64,000 nt of DNA from an uncultured Eubacteriales bacterium. Lineage in GTDB: Bacteria; Bacillota; Clostridia; Oscillospirales; Ruminococcaceae. Numbering within the stretch: the stretch's first letter is position 1; each line of letters starts with the position of its first letter. The translations under genes were made by a program, and so were the position numbers. Shown here in pieces: positions 35,175 through 43,883 of the stretch. Below the pieces are notes generated by a model that was not told the origin of the DNA, made no database searches, and saw only the letters and a program-made list of their open reading frames with translations. The DNA lies in the NCBI GenBank assembly GCA_900316885.1, contig ONEQ01000012.1, forward strand, positions 2,490-66,489, read 5' to 3'.

Positions 35175-35606
35175 ATGGGATTCATGGACACTTTGAGCGG
35201 CGCCGGCAGAGGCGTGAGCGAAAAGGCGAAGAATGTTTCCGAGGTCAACAATCTGAAGCGTAAGATTCTGTATGAGGAAGAGCGTATCGTTGAGGTATTT
35301 GCCGATATCGGCAAGAAGTACTACAAGAACCCGGACGAGGATCCGCAGGTTCTCAAGGCACTGTGCGAGGATATCGATACCCGCCGCCGCCGTATCAAGA
35401 AGATGCGTTTCGAGCTGAACCAGATCCGCGGCTATAAGATCTGCCCCAAGTGCGACGCTGAGGTCAACGAGAAGTTCCAGTTCTGCGGCGTTTGCGGCGC
35501 AAGACTCCCCGATGCCGATGATGAGGATTTCACCTCCCTCGAGTCCAACGACTACTACACCGAGTCCGACAGCTTCTTTAATGCGGACACGATCAAGAAT
35601 TATTAA
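35175..35606 (+). CDS. Zinc-ribbon domain-containing protein (coiled-coil N-terminus)
   Basis: AAGGAG 10 nt upstream of ATG 35175. CPKCDAEVNEKFQFCGVCGARL ribbon. Acidic tail. Confidence 0.6.
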   Translation: MGFMDTLSGAGRGVSEKAKNVSEVNNLKRKILYEEERIVEVFADIGKKYYKNPDEDPQVLKALCEDIDTRRRRIKKMRFELNQIRGYKICPKCDAEVNEKFQFCGVCGARLPDADDEDFTSLESNDYYTESDSFFNADTIKNY

Positions 35607-35614
35607 GAAACGCA

Positions 35615-35644
35615 AATCCCCTGATGCAGATCAGGGGATTTTTG
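35615..35644 (+). terminator. Intrinsic terminator
   Basis: aatcccctgat-gcag-atcaggggatt followed by TTTGTG. Confidence 0.75.
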
Positions 35645-35704
35645 TGTATATACACAAAGATGGGTTCAAGCAGCTTTCAGAAACAAAAAATTTGAAAAAA
35701 ATAC

Positions 35705-35733
35705 TTGCATTTTAAAACAAACCGTGTTATAAT
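35705..35733 (+). promoter_or_regulatory. gdhA promoter TTGCAT-17-TGtTATAAT
   Basis: Extended -10. It lies inside the artefactual N-terminal extension of the ORF-track call 35705..37153. Confidence 0.65.
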
Positions 35734-35800
35734 AGGAGTACCGCGTGAGAAATACAGTTGTTTTCCACTGGCGGAATTTTATGTAGGAGGGTTCTTAACA

Positions 35801-37153
35801 ATGGCGTTAAAGAATCAGTATCTCCTTGACCTCCTGGAGAGAGTCAAGGCAAGAAATCAGGGCGAGCCTGAGTTCATCCAGACAGTAACAGAGGTTTTCG
35901 AGTCCGTTGAGCCGCTTGCTGAGGCAAGACAGGATCTCATCGACGCAGGCGTTTTCGAGAGAATCGTAGAGCCTGAGCGCCAGATCGTATTCCGTGTACC
36001 GTGGGTTGACGACAACGGCAAGGTACAGGTAAACCGCGGTTTCCGTGTACAGTTCAACTCTGCAATCGGTCCGTACAAGGGCGGTCTGCGTTTTGCTCCC
36101 AATGTATATATCGGTATCATCAAGTTCCTCGGTTTCGAGCAGATCTTCAAGAACAGCCTGACCGGTCTGCCTATGGGCGGCGGCAAGGGCGGTTCCGACT
36201 TCGACCCGCAGGGCAAGTCTGACGCTGAGGTTATGCGTTTCTGCCAGAGCTTCATGACTGAGCTCTGCAAGCACATCGGTCCGAACACCGACGTTCCGGC
36301 TGGCGACATCGGCGTAGGCGGCCGTGAGATCGGCTACCTGTTCGGTCAGTACAAGAGAATCCGCAACGAGTTCACCGGCGTTCTGACCGGTAAGGGCTTC
36401 GAGTACGGCGGTTCCCTGATCCGTCCGGAGGCTACCGGCTACGGTGCAGTTTACTACACCTGCAACATGCTCGAGCACTTCGGTGACACCATCAAGGGCA
36501 AGACCGTTGCAATCTCCGGCTTCGGCAACGTAGCATGGGGTACTGTTAAGAAGGTTAACGAGCTCGGCGGTAAGGTTGTTACCATTTCCGGTCCGGACGG
36601 CTATGTATACGATCCGGCTGGCATCAACACCGAGGAGAAGGTTAACTACATGCTCGAGATGCGTGCTTCCTGCCGCAACCGCGTTCAGGATTACGCAGAC
36701 AAGTTCGGCGTTGAGTTCCATGCAGGCGAGAAGCCGTGGGGCGTTAAGGCTGACATCATCATGCCGTGTGCTACCCAGAACGAGGTTGGCATGGCTGAGG
36801 CTGAGAAGATCGTTGCAAACGGCGTGAAGTACTATGTTGAGGTTTCCAACATGCCGACTTCCAACGAGGCTATCGCATTCCTGAAGTCCAAGGGCGTTAT
36901 CGTTGCTCCGTCCAAGGCTGTAAATGCCGGCGGTGTAGCAGTTTCAGGTCTTGAGATGAGCCAGAACTCCATGCGTTACAACTGGACTGCTGAAGAGGTT
37001 GACGAGAAGCTCAAGGGCATCATGGCTAACATCTTCAAGTCCTCCATCGAGGCAGCTAACAAGTACGGTCTGGGCGACGATCTGGTTGCAGGCGCTAACA
37101 TCGCAGGCTTCCTGAAGGTTGCTGAGGCTATGAAGGCTCAGGGCGTGGTTTGA
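35801..37153 (+). CDS. gdhA: NADP-specific glutamate dehydrogenase
   Basis: Start MALKNQYLLDLLERVKARNQGEPEF after TAGGAGGG. GGLRFAPNV, LPMGGGKGGSDFDP, GFGNVAWG. Confidence 0.93.
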   Translation: MALKNQYLLDLLERVKARNQGEPEFIQTVTEVFESVEPLAEARQDLIDAGVFERIVEPERQIVFRVPWVDDNGKVQVNRGFRVQFNSAIGPYKGGLRFAPNVYIGIIKFLGFEQIFKNSLTGLPMGGGKGGSDFDPQGKSDAEVMRFCQSFMTELCKHIGPNTDVPAGDIGVGGREIGYLFGQYKRIRNEFTGVLTGKGFEYGGSLIRPEATGYGAVYYTCNMLEHFGDTIKGKTVAISGFGNVAWGTVKKVNELGGKVVTISGPDGYVYDPAGINTEEKVNYMLEMRASCRNRVQDYADKFGVEFHAGEKPWGVKADIIMPCATQNEVGMAEAEKIVANGVKYYVEVSNMPTSNEAIAFLKSKGVIVAPSKAVNAGGVAVSGLEMSQNSMRYNWTAEEVDEKLKGIMANIFKSSIEAANKYGLGDDLVAGANIAGFLKVAEAMKAQGVV

Positions 37154-37178
37154 TTACCCGCACACGAATCAGCTTTAC

Positions 37179-37218
37179 ACAATGTCCGTTCCCTCCGGGG
37201 GACGGACATTGTTATTTC
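37179..37218 (+). terminator. Intrinsic terminator of gdhA
   Basis: acaatgtccgt...acggacattgt, 11-bp outer stem with a GC-rich inner part, followed by TATTTCC. Confidence 0.7.
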
Positions 37219-37255
37219 CGGATATGAAAGCTGTATGAAATTCGCCCGGAATCGC

Positions 37256-37284
37256 TTGCTTTTCTGTGGAAAACATGCTATAAT
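37256..37284 (+). promoter_or_regulatory. Promoter TTGCTT-17-TGcTATAAT
   Basis: Extended -10, 37 nt upstream of the ATG at 37322. Confidence 0.6.
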
Positions 37285-37321
37285 AGCATAAACGCCCGAT
37301 CACAGAGAAAGGAGAATCCCT

Positions 37322-37993
37322 ATGGACGAACAGAAATTCTATCTGGAAACCATCGGACAGGCGACAGATGCCGACAGAAGTGAGATCGAGACGCTGTTTT
37401 ATGAGTTTCTGGAGCTGGAGCATCTTTACGAATCTGCCGCAGAGCTGGTCAAGACACAGCTCGGCATCTATGATAACGAGTTTTCCATGAAATTCCAGCG
37501 CAACCCCATCCACGGCATTGAGAGCCGCATCAAATCCCCGCAGAGCATCGTGGGCAAGCTCCAGAAAAAAGGGCTGGAGCTCTCCGCGAAATCCGCCCAG
37601 AAGCATCTGATGGACATCGCCGGCATCCGTGTGGTATGCTACTATGTCAACGACATCTATGCCATTGCGGAGCTCCTGTCCACGCGGGACGACTTCAAGC
37701 TCGTCAAGATCAAGGACTACATCCGCAATCCCAAGCCCTCCGGCTACCGGAGTCTGCATATGATCGTGATGGTTCCGGTGTATCTGGCGACGTGCCGCAA
37801 GGAGGTCCCTGTGGAAATCCAGATCCGCACGATTGCGATGGATTTCTGGGCGAGTCTGGAGCACCAGCTCCGCTATAAGACGCACGCACCCGTTCCGCCG
37901 GAGCTGATGGACGAGCTGCACGAGCTCGCCGGCACCATTGCTGAGACGGATCTGCGGATGCAGGACATCTACCAGCAGATCAACGACCTTTGA
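37322..37993 (+). CDS. Small alarmone synthetase, GTP pyrophosphokinase (RelQ/RelP/YjbM family)
   Basis: RelA/SpoT synthetase core: DIAGIRVVCYYVNDIY, NPKPSGYRSLHMIV, VEIQIRTIAMDFWASLEHQLRYK. 223 aa, single domain. Confidence 0.88.
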   Translation: MDEQKFYLETIGQATDADRSEIETLFYEFLELEHLYESAAELVKTQLGIYDNEFSMKFQRNPIHGIESRIKSPQSIVGKLQKKGLELSAKSAQKHLMDIAGIRVVCYYVNDIYAIAELLSTRDDFKLVKIKDYIRNPKPSGYRSLHMIVMVPVYLATCRKEVPVEIQIRTIAMDFWASLEHQLRYKTHAPVPPELMDELHELAGTIAETDLRMQDIYQQINDL

Positions 37994-38014
37994 TGAATGA
38001 AAGGAAAGACCACC

Positions 38015-38935
38015 ATGCCAAACAATGTTTACACCTTCGCGTACAATGACCAGAAGCCCGGAATCACGGCGCCGTCCTTTGCCGCATCCGACGGGGTGCA
38101 GGCGGCATCCGTCGATGCCCAGACCCTGAATGATCTCCTGCCGATTGCGCAGTTCAAGGGCAAGTCGGCGGGATTCCCGGACGGAACCGGATTTCAGATG
38201 TATTACAACCCGACCGCGAAGGATGTGTATCTCTGCAAGACGGATGCGAGCGGCAAGCCGCTGGCGGAGAACGGTTCCGTCACGCTCTATGATGTGTTCA
38301 AGAGCGACGTGACGCTCGATTACAGCATGAGCTACAAGATCGCGTGCAATTACAACCAGTTCCAGATCCAGAAGGCGCAGGGCGAGATGGTTGCGGACGG
38401 CGATCAGAATTACTTCAAGCTGGACAATCTGTTCATGACCGACGGGCACACGGATTACGACCTGCTCAATGCCTTTGCCGCCGCAGACGGAGCTGCCGCC
38501 GAGGAGACAACCGCCGCATCGAATGCCGAAACGACCGAAGCCGAAACGGATGCTGAAACGGATGCCGAAACGGAAGCCGAAACAGAAGCGGAGACTGCCG
38601 GGGAGCAGACCGAAGCGGAAACGGCGGAGGAGACCGATGCAGAGCCCGAATACGAGGCGACCGTTGCTGTCCCGGAGCCGGATCCGGTACCGGCAGAGCG
38701 CACATCGTCCGGCTCCTCCGGGATTCTGATCGCGCTGGTGATCTTCTTTGCGATCCTGCTGGCGGGCACGATGACGACGTGCTTCCTGCTTGTGAAGAAG
38801 ATCCGTGAATTGCAGAATGTTCCCGCGCCGGACAACTCGAAGTATGAGCAGCGCGAGAAGGATTATCAGGCGGAAATTGTGCGCCTTGCCAAGGAGAATG
38901 AGCGGCTGAAGGATGAGCTGAACAACCGGGATTGA
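38015..38935 (+). CDS. Hypothetical membrane-anchored protein with an acidic (D/E-A-E-T)n linker and C-terminal coiled coil
   Basis: Start MPNNVYTF after AAAGGAAAG. About 170-aa globular N-domain, an ETEAETDAETDAETEAETEAET linker, TM ILIALVIFFAILLAGTMTTCFLLV, and tail KDYQAEIVRLAKENERLKDEL. Confidence 0.55.
   Translation: MPNNVYTFAYNDQKPGITAPSFAASDGVQAASVDAQTLNDLLPIAQFKGKSAGFPDGTGFQMYYNPTAKDVYLCKTDASGKPLAENGSVTLYDVFKSDVTLDYSMSYKIACNYNQFQIQKAQGEMVADGDQNYFKLDNLFMTDGHTDYDLLNAFAAADGAAAEETTAASNAETTEAETDAETDAETEAETEAETAGEQTEAETAEETDAEPEYEATVAVPEPDPVPAERTSSGSSGILIALVIFFAILLAGTMTTCFLLVKKIRELQNVPAPDNSKYEQREKDYQAEIVRLAKENERLKDELNNRD
38537..38596 (+). repeat. In-frame 12-bp tandem repeat, ~5 units GA(W)GC(N)GAAAC(R)
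   Basis: gaagccgaaacg / gatgctgaaacg / gatgccgaaacg / gaagccgaaaca / gaagcggagact. Confidence 0.7.
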
Positions 38936-38962
38936 TTGTCCCGGATTCAGCCCATATTTTCA

Positions 38963-38991
38963 TTGACTTTTCCGTCGAAATCGTTTATGAT
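38963..38991 (+). promoter_or_regulatory. Promoter TTGACT-17-TATGAT of the AAA+/vWA operon
   Basis: Located 139 nt upstream of the ATG at 39130. The GC-rich hairpin element lies between the promoter and the RBS. Confidence 0.5.
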
Positions 38992-39007
38992 AAATGTAAA
39001 GCGATGT

Positions 39008-39101
39008 GGGTGCAGGGCGGTCACGCCCTGCCGAGGGTCAAGGGGCAAGCAGCCCCTTGTGGGGGTCAGGGGGCAAAGCCTCCTGATCGGGCGTAAGCCC
39101 G
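39008..39101. repeat. GC-rich multi-hairpin element in the 5' leader of the AAA+/vWA operon
   Basis: Three hairpins: gcagggcg-gtca-cgccctgc (39012-39031), caagggg-caagcag-ccccttg (39039-59) and cgggc-gtaa-gcccg (39088-39101). It shares the gggggcaaagcc motif with 10121-10135. Confidence 0.7.
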
Positions 39102-39129
39102 AAAAAACCCTGGAAAGGAGAAACATCCC

Positions 39130-40224
39130 ATGACACAGCAATTCATCAAGCCGCCGGTCGAGGTACGCTATGCGGATGAGCTCGCGGCGCTCAGGGTAGC
39201 CGATACCGGCAAGCGCCCGGAAAACTGGCAGCTTTCCCCCAAGGCAGTCCGTACCTTCATTCTGGGCGGCAAGGCGGGGGACACGGCGATTTCCCGGAAA
39301 TTCTACGGCAACGACGCGCTGGTCGAGCGCTGTATCATCACGCTGGCGGGCAGCCGCGGGCTGATGCTCGTCGGTGAACCCGGCACGGCAAAGACCATGC
39401 TCTCCGAGCTTCTGTCCGCCGCCTGCTGCGGATGCAGCACCAACACCGTGCAGGGCACCGCCGGCACGACCGAGGATATGATTAAATACAGCTGGAACTA
39501 TGCGCTCCTCCTCTCCAAGGGACCCTGCCGCGAGGCGCTGGTGCCGTCGCCGCTGCTCATCGGCATGGAGCAGGGCATTTTCGCCCGCTTCGAGGAGATC
39601 ACCCGAACCCCTGCGGAGATCCAGGACAGCCTGATTTCCGTCATGTCCGACCAGATCCTGAACATCCCGGAGCTGGGCAATGAGGGACTCGTGTTCGCTA
39701 AGCCCGGCTTCAACATCATCGGCACCGCGAACACCCGCGACAAGGGCGTCAACGAGATGTCCGGCGCACTCAAGCGAAGATTCAATTTCGAGACGGTCGC
39801 ACCGGTGCGCGATGTCAAGCTGGAGCGCGAGATCATTCTCCGCGAAGCCGCCGATCTGGCGAAGGCGGGGCACATCGACTGCGCACCCGACAAGGATGTT
39901 GCAGAGCTGCTTGCCGTGACCTATCATGAGCTCCGCGAGGGCGTGACCGCCGAGGGCACCATGGTCGAGACGCCCGCCGCCGTCATGAGCACCGCAGAAG
40001 CCGTTTCGGTCTATTTCCAGACGCTCTGCCATGCGTGGTACATGGGAAACGGCAAAATGGAGCTTTCCGTGCTGACGGAGAATCTCCTCGGCGCTGTCTG
40101 CAAGGAAAACCGTGACGATCTGGGCAAGCTCAAGGGCTATTTCCAGACGGCAGTCAAGGCGAAAGCCGCGAAAGAGGGAGGAGCATGGGACGAGTATTAC
40201 AAGACGGCAAAGCACCTGAAATAA
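39130..40224 (+). CDS. MoxR-like AAA+ ATPase (AAA_5 type; YehL-like)
   Basis: Walker A GEPGTAKT, Walker B-like IFARFEEI, sensor-1 GTANTRD, ALKRRF. GAAAGGAG RBS. Confidence 0.85.
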   Translation: MTQQFIKPPVEVRYADELAALRVADTGKRPENWQLSPKAVRTFILGGKAGDTAISRKFYGNDALVERCIITLAGSRGLMLVGEPGTAKTMLSELLSAACCGCSTNTVQGTAGTTEDMIKYSWNYALLLSKGPCREALVPSPLLIGMEQGIFARFEEITRTPAEIQDSLISVMSDQILNIPELGNEGLVFAKPGFNIIGTANTRDKGVNEMSGALKRRFNFETVAPVRDVKLEREIILREAADLAKAGHIDCAPDKDVAELLAVTYHELREGVTAEGTMVETPAAVMSTAEAVSVYFQTLCHAWYMGNGKMELSVLTENLLGAVCKENRDDLGKLKGYFQTAVKAKAAKEGGAWDEYYKTAKHLK

Positions 40225-42575
40225 GCGGACCGCTGGTGTTTTTTCCGGTGCGCCATCACAGCCCGGTGTGCAGCTACCAGCTTGTGCGGACGATTGCGCA
40301 GTACCAGCCGGACTGTATTCTGGTCGAGGGGCCGGAAAATGCCAACGAGCTCATCCCGATCCTGACGCACGAGGATACACAGCTCCCCGCGGCGATCTAC
40401 TACTTCTACAAGGACAAGAAGAAGTATGTCAGCGAGGAGGGGCAGGATTTCCACTGCTATTACCCGTTTCTGGAAAGCTCGCCGGAGATGACGGCTTTGC
40501 AGGAGGCGAAACGCCTTGGCATCGAGGCAGGCTTCATCGACCTGCCGTACAGCGAAATTCTCATCCACACGCAGGACTTTGCGGGACTCCGCAGCGAGCA
40601 GGAGCGTCACAGCTATGCGGACGATCACTACCTTGCACAGAGCAGATTCTATCAGGCGCTCTGCGAAAAAACGCATCTGCGCAGCTTTGAGGAGTTCTGG
40701 GAGAAGTATTTCGAGATTGCCGGACTGCGCCTGTCACCGGAGGAATTCCTGTACCAGATGCGCACCTACTGCGATCTGACCCGCGAATCGACCCCGCCCG
40801 AGCGCATGGAGCATGACGGCACGAATGCCCGCGAACAGCACATGGCGTATCGTATCCGCGAGAAAATGACGGATCACAGCCGGATTCTCGTCGTGACCGG
40901 CGGATTCCATTCCCCGGCGCTCGAAAAACTCGTGCAGGAGAAGATCAAGCCCCTGAAGCTCCACAAATTCCCCCCGGAGGAGGCGAACTGCTACCCGATC
41001 GCCTATTCCTACGAAGCCGCCGACGCATTGAGCGGCTACGCATCGGGCATGCCGCATCCGGGATTTTACGATACCGTCACCAGACGGCTCCGCGAAGCCG
41101 ACACGCCCGAGGGCGTCTACAGCGAGACGGTGCTGTCTCTCCTGACCGAGACGGTCAAGGCATCCGCGAAGAAGGATATTGCGGTTTCCATGTCGGATGC
41201 AACCGCCGCATGGTCGCTCACGGAGGGTCTTGCCGCGCTGCGCGAAGCGCCGGAGCCGGGGTATGCGGAGCTTGCCGACGGCGTGACCGGAGCGCTCATC
41301 AAGGGCGAACGCACGCTGGCATCCTCCCTCCCGCTGGACATCCTCTCGAAGCTGGCGACCGGGTCGGGCGTGGGGCATATCGGGGATCAGAGCCATGTCC
41401 CGCCGCTGATCGTGGATTTTGAGCGCCAGTGCAAAAACTTCCGGTTCAAGATTGATTCTGCGATTCCGCAGGAGGTCGAGGTACCGCTGTTCGACAAGGA
41501 GCGGGATGCGGAGAAAAGCCGCTTCTTCCACCGCATGGCATTTTTGCAGACGACCTTCTGCGAACGCCGCAAGGGACCGGATCTGCATCACAACACCGAC
41601 CGGAGCCGCGTGCGCGAGGTCTGGCGCTATACGCGCAGTCCGCAGGTGGATGCGTCGCTCGTCGATCACACGACGGACGGCATGACACTCCTCGAAGCGT
41701 GCCAGAACGTCGCCGCAAGGCGCATCCGGACGGAGCGCCGCACGGAGATTGCCGCGCATACGGCAGTCGATTGCTTCCTGATGGGGCTGACGCTCACGGG
41801 GAAGGACATGCCGCGCATGGATGAGATCATCGCGGGCGACGGCGATTTCTTCTCGCTGGGCAGGGGACTGCACGACTTCGACATGCTCCACGCCCTGCGC
41901 ACGCTCTACGGCTTCGAGGATGCCGCGAACCTGACACACCTGATGCTCTGCTTTTCCAAGCTGCTCTCGCTCCTGCCGTCGATGGCGGCGGTGCAGGCTG
42001 AACAGGCGCCGGACTGCATCAGAATCCTCCGGCTGCTCTACGATGTGACGGAGCGTCTGCTCCCGGAGCGCCGGGACGATCTGCATGATGCGCTGCAAAT
42101 GCTGACACGCGAGCCGAAACGTGAGCCGTCCGTCTACGGTGCGGCGCTGGGGCTCCTGTATGCGATGGACAGCCGATGGCTGACAGCCGCGGAATCCGCG
42201 ATGCAGGGCTATCTCCGGAGCAGCGGCGAGGTGCGCCGGCAGGGAGCGCATTACCTGAAGGGCTTGTTCGAGACGGCGCGGGATATTGCGCTGTCCGACC
42301 ACAGCTTTCTGGAGATGACCGACGAGCTGCTGGAAGCGCTGGACAATGCGGATTTCATGGAGATTCTGCCGCCCCTGCGGCTGGCGTTCAGCCATTTCAC
42401 GCCGCAGGAGATCCAGATCATCGCTGCCCGTGCCGCCGCCCTGCACGGGGAGGGGGAGCGCTCGATTCTGGATGTGCGCAGCTTTGACGAGGATCTGCAC
42501 GCCTTCGGAGCGCAGCTGGATGCCGAGGTCATGCGGATGATCCAAAAGTCCCGGAGAGCAGGAGGAACACCATGA
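40185..42575 (+). CDS. DUF5682 family protein (YehM-like)
   Basis: 796 aa. N-terminal FFPVRHHSPVCSYQLVRTIAQYQPDCILVEGPENANELIP resembles the family's IRHH.P...EGP signature as I recall it. Overlaps the AAA+ gene by 40 nt, with GGGAGGAG just upstream of ATG 40185; an internal GTG near 40236 is an alternative start. Confidence 0.65.
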   Translation: MGRVLQDGKAPEISGPLVFFPVRHHSPVCSYQLVRTIAQYQPDCILVEGPENANELIPILTHEDTQLPAAIYYFYKDKKKYVSEEGQDFHCYYPFLESSPEMTALQEAKRLGIEAGFIDLPYSEILIHTQDFAGLRSEQERHSYADDHYLAQSRFYQALCEKTHLRSFEEFWEKYFEIAGLRLSPEEFLYQMRTYCDLTRESTPPERMEHDGTNAREQHMAYRIREKMTDHSRILVVTGGFHSPALEKLVQEKIKPLKLHKFPPEEANCYPIAYSYEAADALSGYASGMPHPGFYDTVTRRLREADTPEGVYSETVLSLLTETVKASAKKDIAVSMSDATAAWSLTEGLAALREAPEPGYAELADGVTGALIKGERTLASSLPLDILSKLATGSGVGHIGDQSHVPPLIVDFERQCKNFRFKIDSAIPQEVEVPLFDKERDAEKSRFFHRMAFLQTTFCERRKGPDLHHNTDRSRVREVWRYTRSPQVDASLVDHTTDGMTLLEACQNVAARRIRTERRTEIAAHTAVDCFLMGLTLTGKDMPRMDEIIAGDGDFFSLGRGLHDFDMLHALRTLYGFEDAANLTHLMLCFSKLLSLLPSMAAVQAEQAPDCIRILRLLYDVTERLLPERRDDLHDALQMLTREPKREPSVYGAALGLLYAMDSRWLTAAESAMQGYLRSSGEVRRQGAHYLKGLFETARDIALSDHSFLEMTDELLEALDNADFMEILPPLRLAFSHFTPQEIQIIAARAAALHGEGERSILDVRSFDEDLHAFGAQLDAEVMRMIQKSRRAGGTP

Positions 42576-43708
42576 ACGACTATACGCTCAACCGCTGGCG
42601 GCTGATTCTGGGCAAGCAGTCCGACCAGTCGATCGGCTTTGACGGCTCGCGGCAGGAGATCGAGACGTTTTCGGATATGGAGGAGCTGCTCGATTACCTG
42701 TACGGGCAGGGCGCGGGCGAGGATGTCCGCGGCGAAACGGCAGGACGGCAGGGCGGTACCGGTGCCTCTCAGCTTCATGCCGCCGAGTGGATCACCAAGG
42801 TGCGCGAGCTGTTCCCGCGGCAGACCGCCGAGGTGCTCGAAAAGCACGCGCTGGAGGAATTCGGCATGACCGAGCTGCTGGCGGACAAGCAGGTTCTCGA
42901 GCAGATCACGCCGGACATGAACCTGCTGAAAACGATTCTCCAGCTCAAACACCTGATGAAGGGCGAGGTGCTGGAAACGGCGAAGCGCATCGCGGCGAAG
43001 GTCGCGGACGAGCTGCGGCAGAAGCTGGAAAACAGCGTCAAGCGCTCCATCATGGGGCGCATCGACCGGAGCCAGTCCAGCCCCGTCCATTCGGCGCGGA
43101 ATCTGGACATCCAGAAAACCATCCGCCGCAACCTTAAACATTACGATGCGGAGAACCAGCGGCTGATTTTACAGGACGTCTGGTTCAGCAGCCGCGTGAA
43201 GCGCTATTCGACGTGGCGCGTGATTCTTGCGATTGACGAAAGCGGCTCCATGATGGGCAGCGTGATCTATTCCGCGGTCATGGCGCAGATCCTGTCACAG
43301 CTTCCGTTTGCGGATGTGAAGCTCGTGATCTTTGATACGACGGTCGTCGATTTATCCGATCAGGCGGAGGATCCCGCCGAGGTTCTCATGTCGGTGCAGC
43401 TCGGCGGCGGCACGGATATTGGCAAGGCGATGCGCTACTGTGAGCAGCTCATCGAAACGCCGGCAAAAACGGCAGTCATCTGCGTGACGGATCTCTACGA
43501 GGGCGCACCGGAGCGCAATCTGCTCCAGACCTCCAAGAGTATCCTGGAAAGCGGCGCGAAGCTCAATTACCTCACGGCGCTCGACGAGACGGCGAATCCC
43601 GCCTTTGACCGGCATCTGGGGCAGAAGCTCGCGGATATGGGCGCGTTTGTGGGGGCAATGACGCCGGAGCAGCTGGGCGATTATATCGGCAGAATGTTCG
43701 CGGGATAA
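42572..43708 (+). CDS. vWA domain-containing protein (YehP-like)
   Basis: ATGA overlap with the upstream gene. MIDAS-type VILAIDESGSMMGS and later GGGTDIG. Long helical N-terminal region. Confidence 0.85.
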   Translation: MNDYTLNRWRLILGKQSDQSIGFDGSRQEIETFSDMEELLDYLYGQGAGEDVRGETAGRQGGTGASQLHAAEWITKVRELFPRQTAEVLEKHALEEFGMTELLADKQVLEQITPDMNLLKTILQLKHLMKGEVLETAKRIAAKVADELRQKLENSVKRSIMGRIDRSQSSPVHSARNLDIQKTIRRNLKHYDAENQRLILQDVWFSSRVKRYSTWRVILAIDESGSMMGSVIYSAVMAQILSQLPFADVKLVIFDTTVVDLSDQAEDPAEVLMSVQLGGGTDIGKAMRYCEQLIETPAKTAVICVTDLYEGAPERNLLQTSKSILESGAKLNYLTALDETANPAFDRHLGQKLADMGAFVGAMTPEQLGDYIGRMFAG

Positions 43709-43883
43709 GAGCCTGTTTAAAATCTTCCAATAGCCGTTTTTCCGGCAGCTTTCCGCCCTGACTTTGCCCGTAATCCTTGCAATACATACAGTATTCCTGC
43801 GGATTCCGTGCTTTGTCAGGACGAAAATCTGCCCGGAAATCCGACTATCTCCAGATCTTAAACAGACTCTAAAGGAGGAAACC

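Noticed and set aside
35705-35800. N-terminal extension of gdhA (ORF-track start 35705)
   Set aside because: The extension contains the promoter (-35, extended -10) and the RBS. The conserved GDH N-terminus begins at MALKNQ (35801).
37175-38449. 424-aa minus-strand ORF
   Set aside because: It is antisense to the alarmone synthetase and the downstream membrane protein, and it spans their intergenic region and the promoter.
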